Below, piece by piece: positions 60,914-64,000 of a stretch of DNA of 64,000 nucleotides (position 1 is its first letter; every line of letters starts with the position of its first letter). Under the pieces are notes generated by a model. It made no database searches. It was not told where the DNA came from and saw only the letters and a list, made by a program, of their open reading frames with translations. The position numbers and the translations under genes are program-made. Origin of the DNA: Bacteroidota bacterium (lineage in GTDB: Bacteria; Bacteroidota; Bacteroidia; AKYH767-A; 2013-40CM-41-45); assembly GCA_043787975.1 (NCBI GenBank), contig JAYVUK010000032.1, positions 2,577 through 66,576 on the forward strand, given 5' to 3'.

Positions 60914-62200
60914 ATGATTCAGAAACAAACAAGACTAAAGAGAAATGCATTTCTTTTTTCGATTGTTCTGCTAACACTGGCGGGATGCAAGAGTGGTAAT
61001 AATGGCGAACTTACCGGAGTGCCGCATCGCGAAAAATGGTACCAGGCAGACCCTTATGGAATGGTTTACATTCCGGCAGGATCATTCGTCATGGGTCCAA
61101 GTGATCAGGATATTGCTTATACCGTTACTGCCCAGGGTAAGACCGTGACTATTCCGGCGCTTTACATGGATAATACAGAAATTACAAATAACGAATACCG
61201 TCAGTTTGTGTATTGGGTTCGTGACTCACTGGCTCATCGTTTATTGGGAGGAGAACATCTGCTGGATGAAGGCGAATACGGAGAGCGTATTAACTGGAGA
61301 GCAAAAATAAAATGGGATGACGAGCAGAATGTTGAAACATTGGCCGAACTTTTTCTTCCTGAAACAGAACGTTTTTACAGAAGAAAAGAAATTGATACAA
61401 GAAAATTAATGTTCGAGTCGTATTGGATTGACTTGCGAACTGCTGCAAAAAAAGACAGTCGTGAGCAGGGTGCAAGGGATCGTTCAGTATTTATCAAGAA
61501 GGATGTAATCAATGTGTATCCTGATACGTTGGCTTGGATAGCTGATTATGTTTATTCATACCATGAGCCGATGACTCAAATGTATTTCTGGCATCCGGCG
61601 TATGATGATTATCCTGTCGTTGGAGTTTCATGGATGCAGGCACGTGCTTTTTGCAGATGGAGAACACAATTATTCAATGATTATTTGGCAGAAAACGGTG
61701 ACGGATTTGTTCAGGATTTTAGGTTACCTACAGAAGCTGAATGGGAATATGCAGCACGTGGAGGAATGGAACTTTCACCTTATCCTTGGGGCGGTCCATA
61801 TATTCGTAACAGCCGCGGATGTTTCTTAGGGAACTTTAAACCAATGCGTGGAAATTATATGGACGATGGCGGAGTTTATACCGTAAAAGCCACTTCGTAT
61901 TGGCCAAATGATTATGGTTTATATTGCATGGCAGGAAATGTTTCTGAATGGACAAGCAATGCGTATGATGAATCAGCATATAGCTTTACGCACGACGTAA
62001 GCACGGATTATGAATACGAAGCGAAAGAAACGGATTCACCTGCGTTGAAAAGAAAAGTGATCAGAGGGGGATCATGGAAGGATGTGATGTGGTATTTGCA
62101 GACCAGCACTCGTTCCTACGAATATCAGGATACAGCTAAATGTTACATCGGTTTTCGCTGTGTCATGAGTTTCTTAGGCAGGGATAAATCGGATTACTAA
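60914..62200 (+). CDS. gldK: gliding motility/T9SS lipoprotein GldK (PorK; FGE-sulfatase fold)
   Basis: GldK/PorK similarity throughout. Lipobox LAGC. Confidence 0.92.
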   Translation: MIQKQTRLKRNAFLFSIVLLTLAGCKSGNNGELTGVPHREKWYQADPYGMVYIPAGSFVMGPSDQDIAYTVTAQGKTVTIPALYMDNTEITNNEYRQFVYWVRDSLAHRLLGGEHLLDEGEYGERINWRAKIKWDDEQNVETLAELFLPETERFYRRKEIDTRKLMFESYWIDLRTAAKKDSREQGARDRSVFIKKDVINVYPDTLAWIADYVYSYHEPMTQMYFWHPAYDDYPVVGVSWMQARAFCRWRTQLFNDYLAENGDGFVQDFRLPTEAEWEYAARGGMELSPYPWGGPYIRNSRGCFLGNFKPMRGNYMDDGGVYTVKATSYWPNDYGLYCMAGNVSEWTSNAYDESAYSFTHDVSTDYEYEAKETDSPALKRKVIRGGSWKDVMWYLQTSTRSYEYQDTAKCYIGFRCVMSFLGRDKSDY

Positions 62201-62315
62201 GATTACTTTCCGTATTGAGATTATTTTTATTTAACCAGGATCTGAATCAACAAAAATAATTCAGTTATTAATCATTATTGTTTAACCAAATCAACACACC
62301 AAAAATTAATTTACT

Positions 62316-63128
62316 ATGGGAATTTCGGAAATAACGCAAGGCAAGAGCTTCAAAAAACTAATGGTCAAGTTATATGGCCTTGGGGCGTCTATCGTAATCA
62401 TTGGAGCCTTATTTAAAATTCAACATTATCCTGGTGCTGGTTTTATGCTTGCACTTGGTTTGGGAACAGAGGCTGTCATCTTTTTCTTTTCAGCATTTGA
62501 ACCACCGCATGAAGATGTGGATTGGTCACTTGTTTATCCTGAACTTGCAGGAATGCAAGACGAGGATGCAATGCTTGACAGGAAGAAAAAGAAATCTGTA
62601 AAAGACCCTGTTGCTCAATACATGGATAAACTTTTAGCGGATGCCAACATTGGTACTGATCTGCTGGATAGTTTGGGTACGGGATTGAGATCGCTTGGAG
62701 ATAACACCAGTAAATTGGCTGATCTCAGCAACGCATCAGTAGCAACGGATGATTATGTGAAAAATGTGAGCAAGGCGTCACAATCAGTCAGTGAGATGTC
62801 CAATGCGTATACAAAAGCATCCCAGGCAATCGAACAACTTTCATCTTCAACGGATGATGTAAGGGTCTACAAGGACCAGGTTGTTTCTGCCGGAAAAAAC
62901 CTGGCAGCATTAAATGCTGTCTATGAATTACAGTTGCAGGATTCAAATGAGCATTTGAAACAGACAAGTAAGTTCTATGAAGGTATTAATGAGATGATGT
63001 CAAACCTGAGCTCTTCTCTTGATGACACCAAAAAATACCGTCAGGAAGTTTCTATGCTTGCAAAGAATTTATCTCAACTCAATACGGTTTATGGAAATAT
63101 GTTGTCTGCAATGACACTCAAGTCATAA
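62316..63128 (+). CDS. gldL: gliding motility/T9SS protein GldL (PorL)
   Basis: Two N-terminal transmembrane segments and the GldL-specific N-terminus (KLYGLGASIVIIGALFKIQHYPGAG). Confidence 0.92.
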   Translation: MGISEITQGKSFKKLMVKLYGLGASIVIIGALFKIQHYPGAGFMLALGLGTEAVIFFFSAFEPPHEDVDWSLVYPELAGMQDEDAMLDRKKKKSVKDPVAQYMDKLLADANIGTDLLDSLGTGLRSLGDNTSKLADLSNASVATDDYVKNVSKASQSVSEMSNAYTKASQAIEQLSSSTDDVRVYKDQVVSAGKNLAALNAVYELQLQDSNEHLKQTSKFYEGINEMMSNLSSSLDDTKKYRQEVSMLAKNLSQLNTVYGNMLSAMTLKS

Positions 63129-63191
63129 TCTGCCAAATAAAATATCTCATTTCATCAACACACATCTTAATCAGACAAACACACCACGAAT

Positions 63192-64000
63192 ATGGCAGCG
63201 GGAAAACTAAGCCCAAGGCAGAAGATGATCAACATGATGTACCTGGTATTGACAGCCCTTTTGGCGCTGAACGTAACCAAGGAAGTCATCAATGCCTTTG
63301 TAACAATTAATGAAAGCGTTCAATTATCGAAAGAAAATATTGAAAAGAAAAACGAAAATACCTACGCATCGTTTGAGCAGGCAATGAAGGTAGATGCGGC
63401 TAAGTACAAATCCGTGAATGATAAGGCAATCAATATAAAAAAGACATCGAATGATCTCGTTTCATTTATTGATGGCTTAAAAACTGAGCTTATTAAAAAA
63501 TCAGATGGATTGAAGGATGCAGAAAAAACTCCTGATCTCATTGACATGGAGAACAAAGAAAATTATGATGTTCCTACTCATGTGATGTGTGGTGATAACC
63601 AGGAAGGACAAGGAGCCAAAGCGACTGAATTGAAAAAGCATCTTGAAGAATTTAAAGGGAACGTGATTAAAAATGCTCCGGAAGGTTCTCAGGCAGAGTA
63701 CAAAAAGAAATTCGACAACCTGTTAAATACAAATGATCCTAAAAAGGCGGAAGACGGAAAACGAACCTGGGAGATGTTTAACTTCTATCACAATCCTGTT
63801 GTAGCGACCGTTGCTTTGCTTACGAAAATTGAGAATGATGTTCGAAATGCAGAATCCCAGGTTACAGATGAACTCTTGTCATCAGTCGATAAGAACATTG
63901 TGAAGTTAAATCAGTTTACGGCCAAGGTAATTCCAAACAGTACGGTGGTTACGATTGGAAGCGATTACAAGGCCGATGTATTTTTATCGGCTACATCTTC
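63192..64000 (+). CDS. gldM: gliding motility/T9SS protein GldM (PorM), 3' truncated by window end
   Basis: The frame runs open to the window end and is absent from the ORF track for that reason. The N-terminus (MAAGKLSPRQKMINMMYLVLTALLALNVTKEV) is the canonical GldM start. Confidence 0.88.
   Translation, partial: MAAGKLSPRQKMINMMYLVLTALLALNVTKEVINAFVTINESVQLSKENIEKKNENTYASFEQAMKVDAAKYKSVNDKAINIKKTSNDLVSFIDGLKTELIKKSDGLKDAEKTPDLIDMENKENYDVPTHVMCGDNQEGQGAKATELKKHLEEFKGNVIKNAPEGSQAEYKKKFDNLLNTNDPKKAEDGKRTWEMFNFYHNPVVATVALLTKIENDVRNAESQVTDELLSSVDKNIVKLNQFTAKVIPNSTVVTIGSDYKADVFLSATS

Overview
This 64 kb window looks like a Bacteroidota chromosomal core region, AT-rich and densely coding, with gliding motility and type IX secretion (T9SS) genes. 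There is no obvious mobile or defence island. The contents from left to right are listed below.

(1) A deoxyhypusine-synthase-like gene (5' truncated), anmK, an acyl-CoA dehydrogenase, a T9SS-sorted beta-propeller protein, the mrp/apbC and nifU-like Fe-S pair, an alkyltransferase-like MGMT paralog, trmB, a GT28-like glycosyltransferase, a gamma-carbonic-anhydrase-family protein, murI and an alpha/beta hydrolase.

(2) A complete Bacteroidota-type division/cell-wall (dcw) cluster in the order mraZ, rsmH, ftsL, ftsI, murE, mraY, murD, ftsW, murG, murC, ftsQ, ftsA, ftsZ, with no murF or ddl inside it. It is preceded by a textbook triple GTGGT MraZ operator and by unusual long direct repeats.

(3) yqeY, an isolated ORF6N/KilA-N-like gene, cspA-like and doxX.

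(4) A compact N-glycan-core degradation locus. It comprises an FHS-family major facilitator superfamily (MFS) sugar permease, an outer-membrane protein, a GH20 hexosaminidase, a glycosylasparaginase, cutC, a GH2 beta-mannosidase and a GH92 alpha-mannosidase. It has no SusC/SusD pair. GH20 and GH92 share a homologous C-terminal two-domain module.

(5) A tetR, tolC, emrA(hlyD), emrB efflux operon with tandem palindromic operators and a perfect 22-bp intercistronic palindrome.

(6) groES-groEL, secG, a conserved acidic hypothetical protein, an LptE-like lipoprotein, a receiver-less sigma-54 activator, miaB, a double TonB-C protein and topA.

(7) An arginase-fold protein whose metal ligands appear substituted, followed by the T9SS/gliding core porP(sprF), gldK, gldL and gldM (3' truncated).

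The most distinctive non-coding signals are several dispersed short repeat families: GTAAAC/GTTTAC palindromes, GCAGTAG tandem units placed right after stop codons, a large palindromic MITE/REP-like element at 6.3-6.6 kb, and heptamer microsatellites inside coding sequences. I found no CRISPR array, rRNA or tRNA gene, and no clear defence or novel multi-gene system. The glycan locus, the mraZ leader and the repeat families are the parts most worth follow-up.
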